Notes: a model not told the origin generated them from the sequence alone. A DNA stretch of 64,000 nt from Tetramitus jugosus (GCA_937625935.1 OW569355.1:124001-188000); one strand, 5' to 3'; shown: positions 22,271-34,965, numbered from the stretch's first letter. Made by a program: numbers and translations.

Positions 22271-24049
22271 ATGTTTTCTAGAATGAGTTTCTTTCCCAGC
22301 CTGAACACCCGAAAGGATGCCGAGAGAGACACTCAAGAATTTGTCACACAGCTGTCACAACAACAACAACAGCAAAAGACGACGCATATCCATCATCATC
22401 ACGAAAGAATTGACGATGACACGAGTAGCATCGGAACAGACACCTTATCTGATCCATCTCCCAACACTCAACAACAACAACAACGAAATCACCGAACACA
22501 CTCCTTTTCCTTCTTTTCCTCTCACTTTTATCGAAATAACGGTACGAGTACTCTACAGACAAACACAACAAAGAATCGAATGAAGGATCATGTGAAGAAC
22601 ATGCTCAAAAACGAAACTCAAAAATCATCTTCACTGCTCGATCCATCGAATGTGACTTCACCGAATCAAACAGCATCTCCATCGACGAGTACAGCATCAT
22701 CGGACTCACCTCTCTCTTCATCGCCACTGTTGTACGTGTCAAGTGCTCAGTCACAACATCAACAACAGCATCGGAATTATGGTGCAGTGGATGATCAACA
22801 CATTATGACATCGTCAACACGTTCGTTGCTTTCTGTGCCGATGAATCATCATGGAAGGAATCGATCCTTGTCTGATGATGTTACGAATCGAATTCAAAAA
22901 CCTCACAATAATCATAATAATCCAAATAATAACAGTAGTAATAATCATAACAATAGTAGTAATAGTAATAATAGTCAATCAGTCAGCATGCTCAACGATT
23001 CACTAAAGAAGCAACAGTATCAGTTTGATATTGTTCGGTTGATTGCCAATGGTGGATTCTCTCGTGTCTATGAAGTCGAATGTTTGACAGGTAGTCCAAT
23101 CACTGGTCGAATGGCAGTCAAGGAACTCTTGTTACTGAATAACAGTAGCAATGACAGTGAAAATGACAATAATAATAATAATAATAAGAGCGACAGTGCC
23201 ATTAATGGGAGCAGTAATAACAATAAAGGCGACCAAAAGGCGACAAGGAATCACCCTGTTCGAAACGAGATTCAAATGACATTGACCGAGCGAGTCCAGG
23301 AGGAAATTAAAGTGTTTCAACACTTGTCTCAACATGAGAATGTTGTCACGTATTTTGACTCGTATATTGATCATGAGAAGGGAGTCGTGTTTATTTTTCA
23401 AGAGCTGTGCGATATGAATCTAAAGACTTGTATAGAAACACAAATGGATCGCATATCGGATCTTATATTGTTAGATTGGTGCCGTACGATTGCAAGAGTG
23501 TTGGTCTATGTGCACGAACAAGGCTACATTCACCGAGACATTAAACCTGCAAATATTTTGTTCAAGAGAATGCCGGATCCAAGCAATCCGACTCGAAAGA
23601 AACTTGTACTGAAGTTGTGTGATTTCGGTTTGAGTAAGAATATCGTTCAATCGGATGCAAAGACAAATGTGGGGTCTGCGTGCTTTATTGCACCAGAAGT
23701 GTCGAGAAAGAACAACAATTCACAACACAATTATAATCAACTCTTTAATAACAATACCAGCTCTATGCAGGGCACTAGGAGAAAGTACACAAACAAGTGT
23801 GATGTTTGGAGTTTTGGCGTTTTGGTGTATCAGTTAGTCGGCAGGATTGGAAATGAGATGAATTTACCGGACTTTGAGCGGTTGTTACAGGAGAAGCCAA
23901 AGGTGCTAGAAAACAGTAAGCATCTCAAGACAGCTCTAATGAATCCCGATCATGTATTACACAAGTTAGCACTAGTTTGTGTTCGGTGTCTTCAACTGAA
24001 CCCTGATGATCGACCATCGGCAGAAGAAATAAATACTACAATTGGTTAA
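22271..24049 (+). CDS. Ser/Thr protein kinase with long low-complexity N-terminus
   Basis: ANGGFSRV, AVK, HRDIKPAN, CDFG, APE, DVWSFG; first ATG at 22271. Confidence 0.88.
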   Translation: MFSRMSFFPSLNTRKDAERDTQEFVTQLSQQQQQQKTTHIHHHHERIDDDTSSIGTDTLSDPSPNTQQQQQRNHRTHSFSFFSSHFYRNNGTSTLQTNTTKNRMKDHVKNMLKNETQKSSSLLDPSNVTSPNQTASPSTSTASSDSPLSSSPLLYVSSAQSQHQQQHRNYGAVDDQHIMTSSTRSLLSVPMNHHGRNRSLSDDVTNRIQKPHNNHNNPNNNSSNNHNNSSNSNNSQSVSMLNDSLKKQQYQFDIVRLIANGGFSRVYEVECLTGSPITGRMAVKELLLLNNSSNDSENDNNNNNNKSDSAINGSSNNNKGDQKATRNHPVRNEIQMTLTERVQEEIKVFQHLSQHENVVTYFDSYIDHEKGVVFIFQELCDMNLKTCIETQMDRISDLILLDWCRTIARVLVYVHEQGYIHRDIKPANILFKRMPDPSNPTRKKLVLKLCDFGLSKNIVQSDAKTNVGSACFIAPEVSRKNNNSQHNYNQLFNNNTSSMQGTRRKYTNKCDVWSFGVLVYQLVGRIGNEMNLPDFERLLQEKPKVLENSKHLKTALMNPDHVLHKLALVCVRCLQLNPDDRPSAEEINTTIG

Positions 24050-24105
24050 TTGGTAAGATCTTCATGTATGTACTTCACCCAATTTTTGTGAGAGTTCCAG
24101 CAGTT

Positions 24106-25737
24106 CTAACTCGCACATGATAAACGATAGGCATGTCCAACTTTCATTTCTTCGCAAGTTCTACTGTCTTCAATATTGTCAAACAAGAGAGATTTAGCGA
24201 TTGGACTTGCGTTGGTTTCTGTGCTCCTTTGAGGAAAAGAAGCCAAATCCCGAATAGTCGTATGAAAGTCTCTAATATTGACCAATCGTTTTGCATTTTT
24301 CTTCAGTTGATCTGTTGCTGCATAACGGGGAAGAATTAGTGCTGCAAATGGTCGGTTGTGCTCCCGCTGAGCTTGCGTCTCATTCACCTTAAAAAGAGGT
24401 CCGTAGTGCAGTCCATGATCAGCCATTAAAAGAACAGCCGTGTGTTGCAATCTCTTTGATTTATGTAGCCACTTGAGGTATCCTTTGAGATCCGGATCAA
24501 GCATCAATACTTGATTACCACGGGAGTCATGCGACTCATCGTGAACTGTCATCAAGAACTTGGGGACATCATGATATTGCCGAACGAACGATCTCGCAAA
24601 CTCAAATATATGCGTACTCATGAACTTGTTTCCTACGCATGGGCATTTATCTGGGTCGTACTCAAATGTATTACCTAATTTCCTACCAACCCAATCCAAT
24701 ACTCGGTGAAAATGAGGATACACATCATAAGTTAAGTTTAGATTACGATATCCGTAAATTTTTCCTGCTGTTTTGGGCGAGTCAGCAACATCCTCCCCAA
24801 CCGATGAAACATAACCCATATGTTTCAAATGATCCCAAAGCAGTGGGACAGTGACAGGTCCTCCTAGTAGTCTTCCTTCTGTCTTCCATAGAAATTGTTC
24901 GTAAGAGCCACCGTCTGTGAGATTCAGTTCAATGTCCATCCCCGTGGAGAACTGAAACATGTTAGGAGGAGAATTTTTTGCAAGAACTTGATACTGCTCC
25001 ATTTCTACCACGCTGACATCCTTTGTTTTTCTCAGTTCATCCAAGTACTGTTTCGTATGGGCAAAATGTCTATGAAAAAAGTCTCTACCTGTGGAATCCA
25101 GTACGATGACATGAATGTCGAGTGGTTTACTCCTTATTGAATTTGAATCGTTACTGAATGAGTTCGTGTAGCTCCTTAGTGCCTCCCTTTGTCTCGAAAC
25201 CAATTGTTCATCTCGAACCACCTGAGTGAAGAAAGAATGATAGCTCACTCTGTTCTCTAAGTCAACACATGCGGTCTGGATCACTTCCATTCCTTTCACT
25301 GACAATGGCTTGTTATCTGTGTATAGGTCTTCAGGAAACAGAACCCAGAGTCGATCATCAACCAATTCAGGGATAAAGGTTGTGCTGTTGTAAACAAAGG
25401 GAACATGAGAATTCTTGAAACATTTCATACGAATGACTTGTAACTGGGAATCAAACCATGTATGGGTGGGTGTACATTCTCCTTGATACTTATCGCTAGT
25501 TCGCTTCTGATACAATATGTCATAGTGCTCAAAACTGCAAGTGGAGTTTGCTTCTGTCTTCAGAATTGCCCACAAATCTTCTAGTGGTAGATCATAGATA
25601 TCAAACCGAGAAGATTCTTGAGTCAAGAGTAGGCGAGGATAGTACCCAAATAAGTGAAGTATCAAAACCACTGTCAAAGTGACGAGCAAAATCTTTGCTC
25701 GTCGAGTAGGTTGAGTTATTCTTGGTACGTGTTTCAT
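24106..25737 (-). CDS. DUF229-like membrane-anchored protein (alkaline phosphatase/sulfatase superfamily)
   Basis: N-terminal TM, VIVLDSTGR, KNSPPN, ESHD, LMADHGLHYG, EHNRPF, DFHTTI, RTC. Start uncertain. Confidence 0.8.
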   Translation of the reverse strand: MKHVPRITQPTRRAKILLVTLTVVLILHLFGYYPRLLLTQESSRFDIYDLPLEDLWAILKTEANSTCSFEHYDILYQKRTSDKYQGECTPTHTWFDSQLQVIRMKCFKNSHVPFVYNSTTFIPELVDDRLWVLFPEDLYTDNKPLSVKGMEVIQTACVDLENRVSYHSFFTQVVRDEQLVSRQREALRSYTNSFSNDSNSIRSKPLDIHVIVLDSTGRDFFHRHFAHTKQYLDELRKTKDVSVVEMEQYQVLAKNSPPNMFQFSTGMDIELNLTDGGSYEQFLWKTEGRLLGGPVTVPLLWDHLKHMGYVSSVGEDVADSPKTAGKIYGYRNLNLTYDVYPHFHRVLDWVGRKLGNTFEYDPDKCPCVGNKFMSTHIFEFARSFVRQYHDVPKFLMTVHDESHDSRGNQVLMLDPDLKGYLKWLHKSKRLQHTAVLLMADHGLHYGPLFKVNETQAQREHNRPFAALILPRYAATDQLKKNAKRLVNIRDFHTTIRDLASFPQRSTETNASPIAKSLLFDNIEDSRTCEEMKVGHAYRLSCAS

Positions 25738-26074
25738 TCTCGTTAGTTGTTTCTGTTGTTTAATCGCTGCCAACAAGGAAACCTAAAGCAACTCGCGTAT
25801 TGCTTAATGAACTTCCCGTGGTGGGGTACCAAAATTATGAAAAGGAATTCATGATTGTCTTCTAAAACACGAATATGTAGGGATGATGTGAAGATCTGGT
25901 TTTTTCCATTCGCGGATGTCGGTAGGACTAATCAGGCTTGAATTCCCTGAGTGGTCAACTTAGGCTATTTGAATGGGTTCAGGTTTTGTTTTGGGGCTTT
26001 TTTTTCGCTAAATACAAGAACTAGGTTTCCATAAGACCAAAAAAGTGCCAATACGAGAATACAATAATTGTGCA

Positions 26075-26400
26075 ATGTCGATCGACTTTCAAGTTTCACA
26101 TCTGGTTGCCATGGTAGAGGCTCTCTTGAAGGACAATGTGGATCTCCAAGGAGCTAAAGCTAAAGCTAAGGAATCTCACCAACAATCCCAACTTGTTGCT
26201 TGAAGAAGACGATGACGGGAAGAAAAAGAAAGCAAGGAAGAAAGGGAATGGAAGAATTCGCCTCTTCTGACACTCCGCAGGATTAGGGAATGCCTGTAGA
26301 TGAGTGTATCGATTGTTGCTTTGAGAAAACCATTCCACATACGTGTCTCTAGCCAAAACGTAGTCTCAACTGTGCACATATATTTGCCAGCTGTTGGATA
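26075..26400 (+). pseudogene. Possible decayed coding fragment with several in-frame stops
   Basis: From ATG 26075: MSIDFQVSHLVAMVEALLKDNVDLQGAKAKAKESHQQSQLVA*RRR*REEKESKEEREWKNSPLLTLRRIRECL*. Protein-like, but no family recognised. Confidence 0.25.
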
Positions 26401-26500
26401 ATAACTGGAGTGGTGTGAACTGGTCACCAAAGAAGATGAAAATACATGACACTTCTGTTGAATAAAAAATCTCTTAACTGAATGATGACTTTCATCATTT

Positions 26501-26530
26501 TCATGCTTCCTCACACCATTTGTTCTTTCG
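26501..26530 (-). pseudogene. Orphan remnant of a SKP1 3' end (RKNKWCEEA*)
   Basis: AAC AAA TGG TGT GAG GAA GCA TGA versus AAT AAA TGG TGC GAG GAG GCA TGA in intact SKP1. Confidence 0.65.
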
Positions 26531-26675
26531 GAAACTGGTGCGGTGCGCCAATTTTGATTGTCAACATATTTTTACTCCAACAACTCTTCCAACATCAAAA
26601 AACAAGTACCGTTCAAACAACAAGACAACAATGCAAACACCAAAATGATAGTAATACATTCATTTATTCACGAAT

Positions 26676-27182
26676 TCATGCCTCCTCGCACCATTTATTC
26701 TCCTCGCGAATCTTTGCTTCTTCTTCAGGAGTAAAGTCATTCTCAATACCAAACATTTCTCTAATTTGTTCTGGTGACTTACCCTTGATCATGGAAGCAA
26801 CCTTGGCGCATGTCAAGTCCAACAAGTCCTTAATGTTCAGGTAGTTGGCAGCCATGATGAGTTCAATCAATAGGGATTGATCAATCTCCAAAAACTTCTT
26901 GTCCCAATCACAAATCACATCCTCAATCTTTCCCTTGAGTGGCTTTTCGATTTCTTCAGCTGGGTTCTTGTGGTGGTATTGACAGTATTCAATCACCTTT
27001 TGCAATGGCTTGGAGTCAACGTTTGGGACTGGAATAGTTTGTGTCTCATCATCTTCTTCGTCTCCTTCTTCAAGCATGTCCTTGACCAAGTGAGACATTT
27101 GAATGACTTCCTTGTCAACTTTGAATTTTTGTCCGTCCTTGGATAGGAGTTCAACTTGCACGGTTTCCTTGTCGTCTGCCAT
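26676..27182 (-). CDS. SKP1: SCF component Skp1
   Basis: IPVPNV, KVIEYCQYH, ELIMAANYLNIK, IKGKSPEQIR, NDFTPEEE...ENKW. Confidence 0.98.
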   Translation of the reverse strand: MADDKETVQVELLSKDGQKFKVDKEVIQMSHLVKDMLEEGDEEDDETQTIPVPNVDSKPLQKVIEYCQYHHKNPAEEIEKPLKGKIEDVICDWDKKFLEIDQSLLIELIMAANYLNIKDLLDLTCAKVASMIKGKSPEQIREMFGIENDFTPEEEAKIREENKWCEEA

Positions 27183-27394
27183 TCTTGTGATTTTTGTTCT
27201 GTGTGTTGGTGTGTTTTGTGATTTTTTCTCTTTTGCTACAATTTAATGGAGGTTGGTGTGAATAGAGTTCGTGACCGACAATTCCAACCCAACTTTACAA
27301 AAAAAATATTACAAAAAAGATTTTGTTCGGATGAGAGTTCTCTCGAACTGCGAAGACGTCATTCAAATACAAAATCGAATCATCACAAAACAAC

Positions 27395-28053
27395 ATGACC
27401 CTTGTTTTGGACGAATTTTTGTTCTGGAGAAACTCTCGTCGTGTACCATCATCCAAGATTTCTACACGAGAGCGACCTCAGAATGCAGACCTGAAGGTTA
27501 TCAGAGGCAGTCGTTGTTCTTCAAGGACAATTTCTGCAGCACGTGATGGAGATGCAAAAAGCTTTTCCTTTGGTCCCAGCGATAATCGCTCCAAGAGAGA
27601 AAAGCTTTGGCATCAGAGTAAGAATGCCGACGGTAAGAAGAGTTTCAAAGAAACTCACGACTGCAACGAACCAACAACATGGGACGTATTCCAAGAGGAG
27701 AAGTCGTACATAGAACACTTCAATGAGTCTCACCCAGTCAACCCGGATCTACCATTGCAATACAACTCACTTTCATTTAGATTAGAGTGTGGTTTGTCGC
27801 CAAACGAAGAGACCTCCATTTCAATCAAGACGTTGACGACATCTTTCATTTTTCATCCGACCGCTCAATCAGTTTTTTATCCGATAGCAGTTTTCTTGAC
27901 GACTACAGTGATGACGAGCTATGGCGGGGAATGAACTCTGTTTTGAACTTGTCGGACCGCGAACAAAAAAGAGGACATTTGGAGAATGAGTTGGATGAAT
28001 ACAAGAGTCAGTACAATTTTGATTTTGGTTTCTCTACAGAACACCAACATTGA
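27395..28053 (+). CDS. Hypothetical protein, 2 exons (likely intron about 27686-27780)
   Basis: Two overlapping ORFs are joined by a GTATTC...TTTAG phase-0 intron; alternative donor/acceptor pairs are also frame-compatible. Confidence 0.55.
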
Positions 28054-28329
28054 TGCATTTGCTCTGGTGCCACATTGGAGAGAATGGTTTCACAATTTAA
28101 GTTGCGACTTGACCCCGTCTCGATTCACAGAATGCAGATGTCTGGCTACAGTCGCAGGCGATAACTGATATAATTTTCTCTCTTGGAATGGGATCTCATT
28201 CCTCGTGTGAATTAGAGACCAAGAGTTTCTAGCTTAATAAAACTAGACTCAAAAGGATGAGGTTTTCGTTCAACAAAAGTACATGGCGGACAAAAGATCT
28301 TCTTTCTCCCAAACTAACTACAGTCAAGA

Positions 28330-30770
28330 ATGGCAAGTACCCTTCAGGTGAACAACGGGAGTGAATTGATTCAAGTCAGTGTCAATGCCTCTGCACTTCT
28401 ACAAACTCTTCAAGAAATACTCACCAAGGTGAATGACCAAGAGACCTTTCTTTCTCTATTGAAGAGAAAAGAAGCGAGCAATCAAATCAGTGGAACGAAG
28501 GAAGAACTTGAAGAGCTAAAACAAGAGATTCAAGGATTGCAATCCGAGAATATTCTATACAAGGAGAGAGTTCATGACCTCGAACGGAGAGTGGAGGAGA
28601 TGTCAACTGATTCCAAAGTGAGAGCCGAGCGACATCATGAGGAGATAAGAGAAATGTACACAAAAATTCGAATAGAGAGAGAGAATATGAACACTATCGT
28701 TCAACAAACGAAACAGGAGGTAGAGGCGACAATAGAAACACAAACTACAGACTTTGATGTTAAACTTAGGACGACGCAACGAGAACTTGAAGTAGCTATA
28801 TCTCGGGAGGTTCGGTCACACATAGGAACCGCAAGCGCAGAGTTGAAGCATGGGATAGAAGCGGTGAGAGATATGGTACGATCAACATCGAAGAAGATTG
28901 TTAATTTAGAAGAAGATATTGAACAAGTAAGATATGATCTCCCATTGATCAGTAAAGAGATATCAGCTGAGTTGGATGATATTCGACAGGAAATGAGTAT
29001 TCAACATCGTGAGATAAAGAGAGAAAACGATTCTAATCTATCCAAGATAAGAAAAATGTATGATATTATGCAACTTGATGTGGAGGCTTTGAATGAAGAG
29101 AGAACCGTGAACTCTCACATGTTATCTCAAACGACCTTGTTTCAGACTCAGTATATACATTCTCATACAGCAGCTGAAGTCGAGAAACCAGTCAATAATC
29201 ATCTGAACTCTCCCTTGCCCCAGAAAAATATTCCAGTGAACATGAACAGGCTTACCAAAGAAAAGAATGGAGAGACTGTCGTTCAGAACATTGATATCAA
29301 AACAGATTTAACGTCACAGTCAATATCTACCACTAGCCAGGATGATACACTTCCAGGAACTAAAGTACAGGATTTCATCGCTCCTTTGGAAAAAACAATT
29401 CTACGAGCAGAACCTAAACCTGTTACAAAAGATACAATACTCTCCCCATTGATAGAGAAGCGAAATGAAGACCAAGAGATGGAGTTAAAAACAAATCCTT
29501 CTATAGAACACCAAGTAATCTCAAAACACATTGTAATAGAGGAACTTTCAAGAGAATCAACCGAACCTCGACCTAACCTAAGTCATGGATCACTCATCGG
29601 ATTAACACCCAAAACAAATCAACATCCTTTGGAAACCAATAACACCGTCAAGATGATGTTGAATACTCCAACATTTGTTGAACTGAAGCGTCAAATAGAC
29701 GGTCAGATAATGCAACTCCGCGTGGATCAAGACGTATTCCAAAATCGTATCGAATCAGAGTTCCAAAAGAGTGCAAGAGACAACAAGGAGTTGTTCCATA
29801 AGTTTGCAACGAAGAATGATCTGGCAAAGGTGTTCCAATATGAATCTAGTATAAATGATATGAAGGGTAGGTATTCATCAGTCTTGTTTAGAAGTGGTAA
29901 AATACTAATTAGAACAACTATTCAGATCTGATTCGAAAGCATGAGAGAAACCTTGACCATATTTATTCAAATTACTGGTCCAAAGAACAAGTATGGGATG
30001 CCCTTCGACTCAAGGCAGATGAGAAAAACTTAGATTTGAAGGCCGACAGGAAGTTTGTGAATGGCTTGTTTGACTACTTGAATGAAAAGATAAACGCAAT
30101 GACTGGGGATACTGAGTCAAGCGATAAGCTATTAGATGCTATTCAGACACTCGAGAGTCAACTTCATCAGAAAGCTAATCTATCTGATTTGATTGAGATA
30201 GAAAAATCTCAATATCAAACAATAGGATATGGTCAAGGCACTAACATCGTATCAGAACCTCCTCTCTTGTTGAATAGAAGTGATATATTTAATGATGTGG
30301 CCGAGTCAAAATCTTACAAATGTTTAAGTTGCAATCGCCCTCTTTCACCAAGGCAGAGATCTCCACCGAAGGATCTAACACACCGATCTCCACGAAAAAG
30401 CTCAAGACTAGAAGTATCAAGTAACAATGAGGGACAACCAGAAACCTTGATCAACTCATGGACTGGCAATGAAGACGAAGAAATTAATAGCATTCAGAAG
30501 TCTCAGATTCTTAAACTGAATTTGTCCAAGTTGCATGAGAAAGAAAATACAATAGCCCCAACTCCACCGAAATCAGCACCTTCTTCGGGTCGGATGAAAC
30601 GATCCGCATCGTCCGGAGACTATACGAGGAGAAACAATAGTGATAGTGAAACGCTCCGAGGACCAAATGACTCCTCATATCGAGTATCATCAAATTCAGT
30701 CTCTAAACTTGCGAGGAGAAGGCAAATCCCTTCCTTTGATGATAATCCTTCTCGATTCCCACCACTCTAA
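28330..30770 (+). CDS. Coiled-coil protein with QRICH2/C16orf96 (DUF4795)-like C-terminal region; intron 29867-29925
   Basis: Long heptads; repeated KAD/KAN motifs followed by YKCLSCNRP; the GTAGGT...TTCAG intron is in frame. Confidence 0.7.
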
Positions 30771-31747
30771 CAATTCCAGACAAATTTCTTGTTTCCACAG
30801 TACATCACAATGGATCGATCCCAGATCCATCGAACTGGAGGTTCCAGTGACGCTGTTGCCTCGTTTGTCCACTCGATAATTTGCTTTTCTGAAACATTTC
30901 CCATCGTATCATACTTTCCTACTGTAATGTGAACATTCCAATCATCTAATAGTTCAAAATATGGTTTCTGATTCTCGGGACTCACAAGCTTTCTCTGTAT
31001 TTCATGGACCAAACTCACGACAGGAGATTTTTCTTCGACATAGTGAACAAAATATAGAATATTGTTTGCACCTTGAATGTTCCTCAAAACACCTACACCC
31101 GATGTATTGAACTTTTGCATCGATTTGGCCCTGTTACTGTTACGAGCACGTTGGAGCTCTCTACTTACCTCGTACAAGATACGAGCAATCTCCAGACAAA
31201 TTGGATACGAAAACAGTTTCGTTGGTGTTATGGACACATGGATCTGATTTTCAGAAAGTAGTGTAATCTTTTTCTCCATGTGATGATTGCTCGCAGTTAA
31301 ACTTTGATCTTCACTGCCCAAGCGCACAGGCAAGTGAATGTATGTTGGCCACTGTCCTATACTTGAGTCAGATTGATCGATAGAGGTCCTTTGACTGCTC
31401 TGAAAACTTTTTGGCAGCTTTGGTCTCAAATCAGGCTTAAAGTTCTCAATGACCTCCCAACGCTGCTGCGTATGTGTTGCAACAATCGTACCAGAACTCG
31501 TTGTTTCCTCATCTCTCTCATCTTTGCCGCCATAATCATCGTTTGTGTTGCTTTCTGTTTGGATATGGATCTGATCCGCTTCCTCATCACTCTCATCATC
31601 GTCACTCTCTTCGTCATGACTGTGAGCCTTTTTGTCATGATCGAGTTTGATCCTCTTTCGTTGTGGAAAGTCCACTAGATTTTTCTCTGCAGTGTCATCA
31701 TCACTGCTCTCATCATAATAGTTTGAAACGACGGATGGTGTTTGCAT
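30767..31747 (-). CDS. USB1: U6 snRNA phosphodiesterase Usb1-like (2H phosphoesterase)
   Basis: GQWPTYIHLP, two HxS/T motifs (HVSI, HITV), PYFE, C-terminal CGNK; ATG at 31747. Confidence 0.72.
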   Translation of the reverse strand: MQTPSVVSNYYDESSDDDTAEKNLVDFPQRKRIKLDHDKKAHSHDEESDDDESDEEADQIHIQTESNTNDDYGGKDERDEETTSSGTIVATHTQQRWEVIENFKPDLRPKLPKSFQSSQRTSIDQSDSSIGQWPTYIHLPVRLGSEDQSLTASNHHMEKKITLLSENQIHVSITPTKLFSYPICLEIARILYEVSRELQRARNSNRAKSMQKFNTSGVGVLRNIQGANNILYFVHYVEEKSPVVSLVHEIQRKLVSPENQKPYFELLDDWNVHITVGKYDTMGNVSEKQIIEWTNEATASLEPPVRWIWDRSIVMYCGNKKFVWNC

Positions 31748-31815
31748 GATCGTTTCAGTTTTTTGTTTTTTATTGATCTTGTCCCAAGTGGACAATTTAG
31801 GTGACAGGTCGGTGA

Positions 31816-34209
31816 TCAGTAGTGTTTGGATGCCCGTTTCAGATACTTCATCATTTCTTTGTCGTCTGCATATTGTTTGCCAATGTGAATCATGAGTTCT
31901 TCGAATCCCTTCTTGGTTAGTATGGACCTGCACTGTTCATACATGCAAAAGTTTCCAAGCGAAAACAAGGCAATTTTCCTTGCACTTGTGCCATTGTCAT
32001 CCCTCAGTGTTGAGAGAAGAGAACCCATAGCATCTTTCTTTATTAACTCGTCCAGCAAAGAGTCAGAATTCCTAGCTAAGTTTCCAAGGGCACCAGCTGC
32101 ATTCGCTCGGGTTTTCTCTTCTGAATCCTGAAGGAGATTGATCAAATGAGGAATACATCCCTTCAAATTAATGTACAAATCACCATTGTGAAAGCTAGCA
32201 TTTCCAATTGCAAAACATGCAAATTTTCTCGTGTTGGAATCTGGGTCTTGGCATCTGTCTATGAGTTCTTGTAGAATATCATGCTTGTTCAATGACTCAT
32301 AGAAGAAATCAGAATGTCTGCACATATTTCCTAGGAGATTGCATACCTTCGCTCGAATATCTGCATCCTTGTGTCGTAACAAGATCTTTAACTCCTGAGA
32401 TATCTTTGCCTGTTCAATTATAGCGTAGTTATCTTGTTTCAATCTCGCTAACTGTGATATTATCATAATGATGTTAATAATAATCCTAGTATTATTAGTA
32501 GAATCCAACAAACTTCGAACCAGAGAGGACTCCAAACCTCCGAATGTTAAAAATTGAGTAGCAAAATGCATCGATCCTAATACGAGTCTCGAGAGAATAT
32601 CAACTGGTTGAGAGTAATTCTCTTTTGACAGATATCTTAAACAGTAGATACAGTGTTTCACTACCTTTTGTTTGTACACTGTATTGTGGATTGATTGCAA
32701 TACACTTTCGGGTAAAGGACTCGTTAGAATGACTTGAAGTAATGTAGTAGTACTCACAATTACATTTTGAATGGATGATGGAACAATCTGGGACAAGAAG
32801 TCGAGAGTTTCTCCCCTTATCAGTGAAAATATTGTCTTGAGTAGCTCGTTATCCTTTATGACAAAGCTAGTATTCTTTGAGCAGTGTCCAATAATAATAA
32901 GTACAATATCGAGAGCAGCTGATTGTACTCCAGATGATGGGTCCAACTTGCTCTCAATCATGGGAAGGAGAGTGGGATATATTTTAGAGAGGATAAAATC
33001 ATATCTATCGGAGGGATACTTGCTGGAATTCTGAAATAGCGACTTAGCGATGTCGAGGGCAGATACTACATCCCTATCCGGTGTTTTCTGATGTTCTGTT
33101 GATATATTCCTGATTACGCTAGCAATTGTGGCGATAGAAGTATTGTCGCTCGCTAGTTTCGAAACACCATCGTCTTGCTTGACAATCTCTTCGACTACAG
33201 AAAATCCCACCGTTTTATCTGGAGAAGGTTTCAACTTGGTACTCCTGATGAGTTCTCCAAAGAGTGCTAATCTTTGTCTCCCTAGATCCTCTATCAGAAA
33301 TTTCTCTCGTGTCATCCTCTCTTCTTCAGTTTCTCGTACAAAAGGATGTTCCGCCAATTTAGGCCAATCTAACCTCTGAGAAGGGTTTTTGTTGAGTAAT
33401 CCTCGCAAGAAACTTTTGAATTGAGGCGATATTTTCTCCGGGTATTTTACAGGATCCTTAACAATAAACTGAATCAGGGAATAAAAGTTGTTAGTATAGA
33501 AAGGAGGTTTGCCCACATATAGTTCATATAAGATGACTCCAAGAGACCATAGATCGACAGTGTGATTGTAGGGTTGCTCTTGAACAAGTTCGGGCGCCAT
33601 GTAGAGAGGAGTACCCTTTATAGATGTAAGTACCATTGTGTTACAAGACATGACTCGGGCAAAACCAAAGTCACACAACTTGATTGTACCATCACATCCC
33701 ACGAGAATGTTTTGTGGTTTCATATCTAGCAAAATTAACTAGTGAGTAAATGTTTCATGCTCTAGCTTGTACATGGACCATATCATACCTCTATGAATTA
33801 TTCTATTGGAATGCAGATAGTTCAGAGCTCGAACTAATTGTTTAGCAATTCTCATCACTTGTTTCTCAGGTAATTTTCTATCGTCCTCTAATATCTCAAA
33901 TAACTCTCCCTGAGCGTACTCCATGATTACACAGAACTCGTTCTCTGTTTCAAATGAGTCAAGTAACATGACAATGTTCTCATGGTTCAGTTTTTTTAGA
34001 ATGTTAATTTCTTGTCGCAAATTCACCAATTCCTTCTCGTTCTTTCCCTTCTTTGGAATAAATTTCATAGCAACTGTCTGTCCAGTGTACTTTCGTCTAC
34101 CTTTGTACACTTTGCCAAAGGAACCTTCTCCAATGAGATCTAGAACATGATAATCTTGAACAATTGTTGTTTTATTCTTTTGAGTTGTTACTGTGGCATT
34201 TGTTGGCAT
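31816..34209 (-). CDS. STK36: Fused/STK36/TIO kinase with C-terminal ARM/HEAT repeats; intron 33726-33788
   Basis: [68 protein letters not shown]. Confidence 0.93.
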
Positions 34210-34965
34210 TGTTCTTATCAGACAACAAAAGCTCTCTTTCGTTGCGAAAAAACAAAAAGCCGCCAAACACATCGTAAACTCTTTGCTCCCGAAAGCCCGA
34301 CGAAACCGATGAAAAAATGGAAAGGAAACAAGTATCTGCTTCCAGTTTCTCATTGGCACGTTGTTGGCCAGATTTATCGGATCGACTCTTATGACCTGTG
34401 GATAAATAGCTCCTGTGCTGGAAGCAGTCGTGAAAGTTCAACTTTCTCTGTCACTTGTCATCATCGGGGAATATTTATCAGGACATGGGCTGTCACTTGT
34501 CGCTATTCAAAACTAAACAATCGTCCCAAACATCCTTCGTTGTCCCCTCTTCTGAAAGTCACGAACGAATCAACTCACCTTGTCTACACCTCGTTGAGTA
34601 CACCTTTCACACAAACACAAGCAAGATCCCTCAAAATTCGCCCTTTTTTTCAGAAGAAAAGAGAAACCACAACACAAGGAATTTTGGTACCAGTACCGCA
34701 CAGAGAGAACATAACCCGAATCTCTCCACAAAAAACATCTGGCACTTACATCCGAAAAAACAACAAACAAGCAAAACAAACATCCATCACCACTCCCCAC
34801 ACAGACAAGGAGAGTGAAAGAGGGAGAAACAACTCTCAGAGAGCGAAACAACATATCACATAATCACAAACTTCAATATTTCATTTGTGTCCCTTGGTTC
34901 CACAATTTGACTCACTGCAAGAAAACGCTACAACTCACATCAAAACAAGAACAATTTGACGACAA

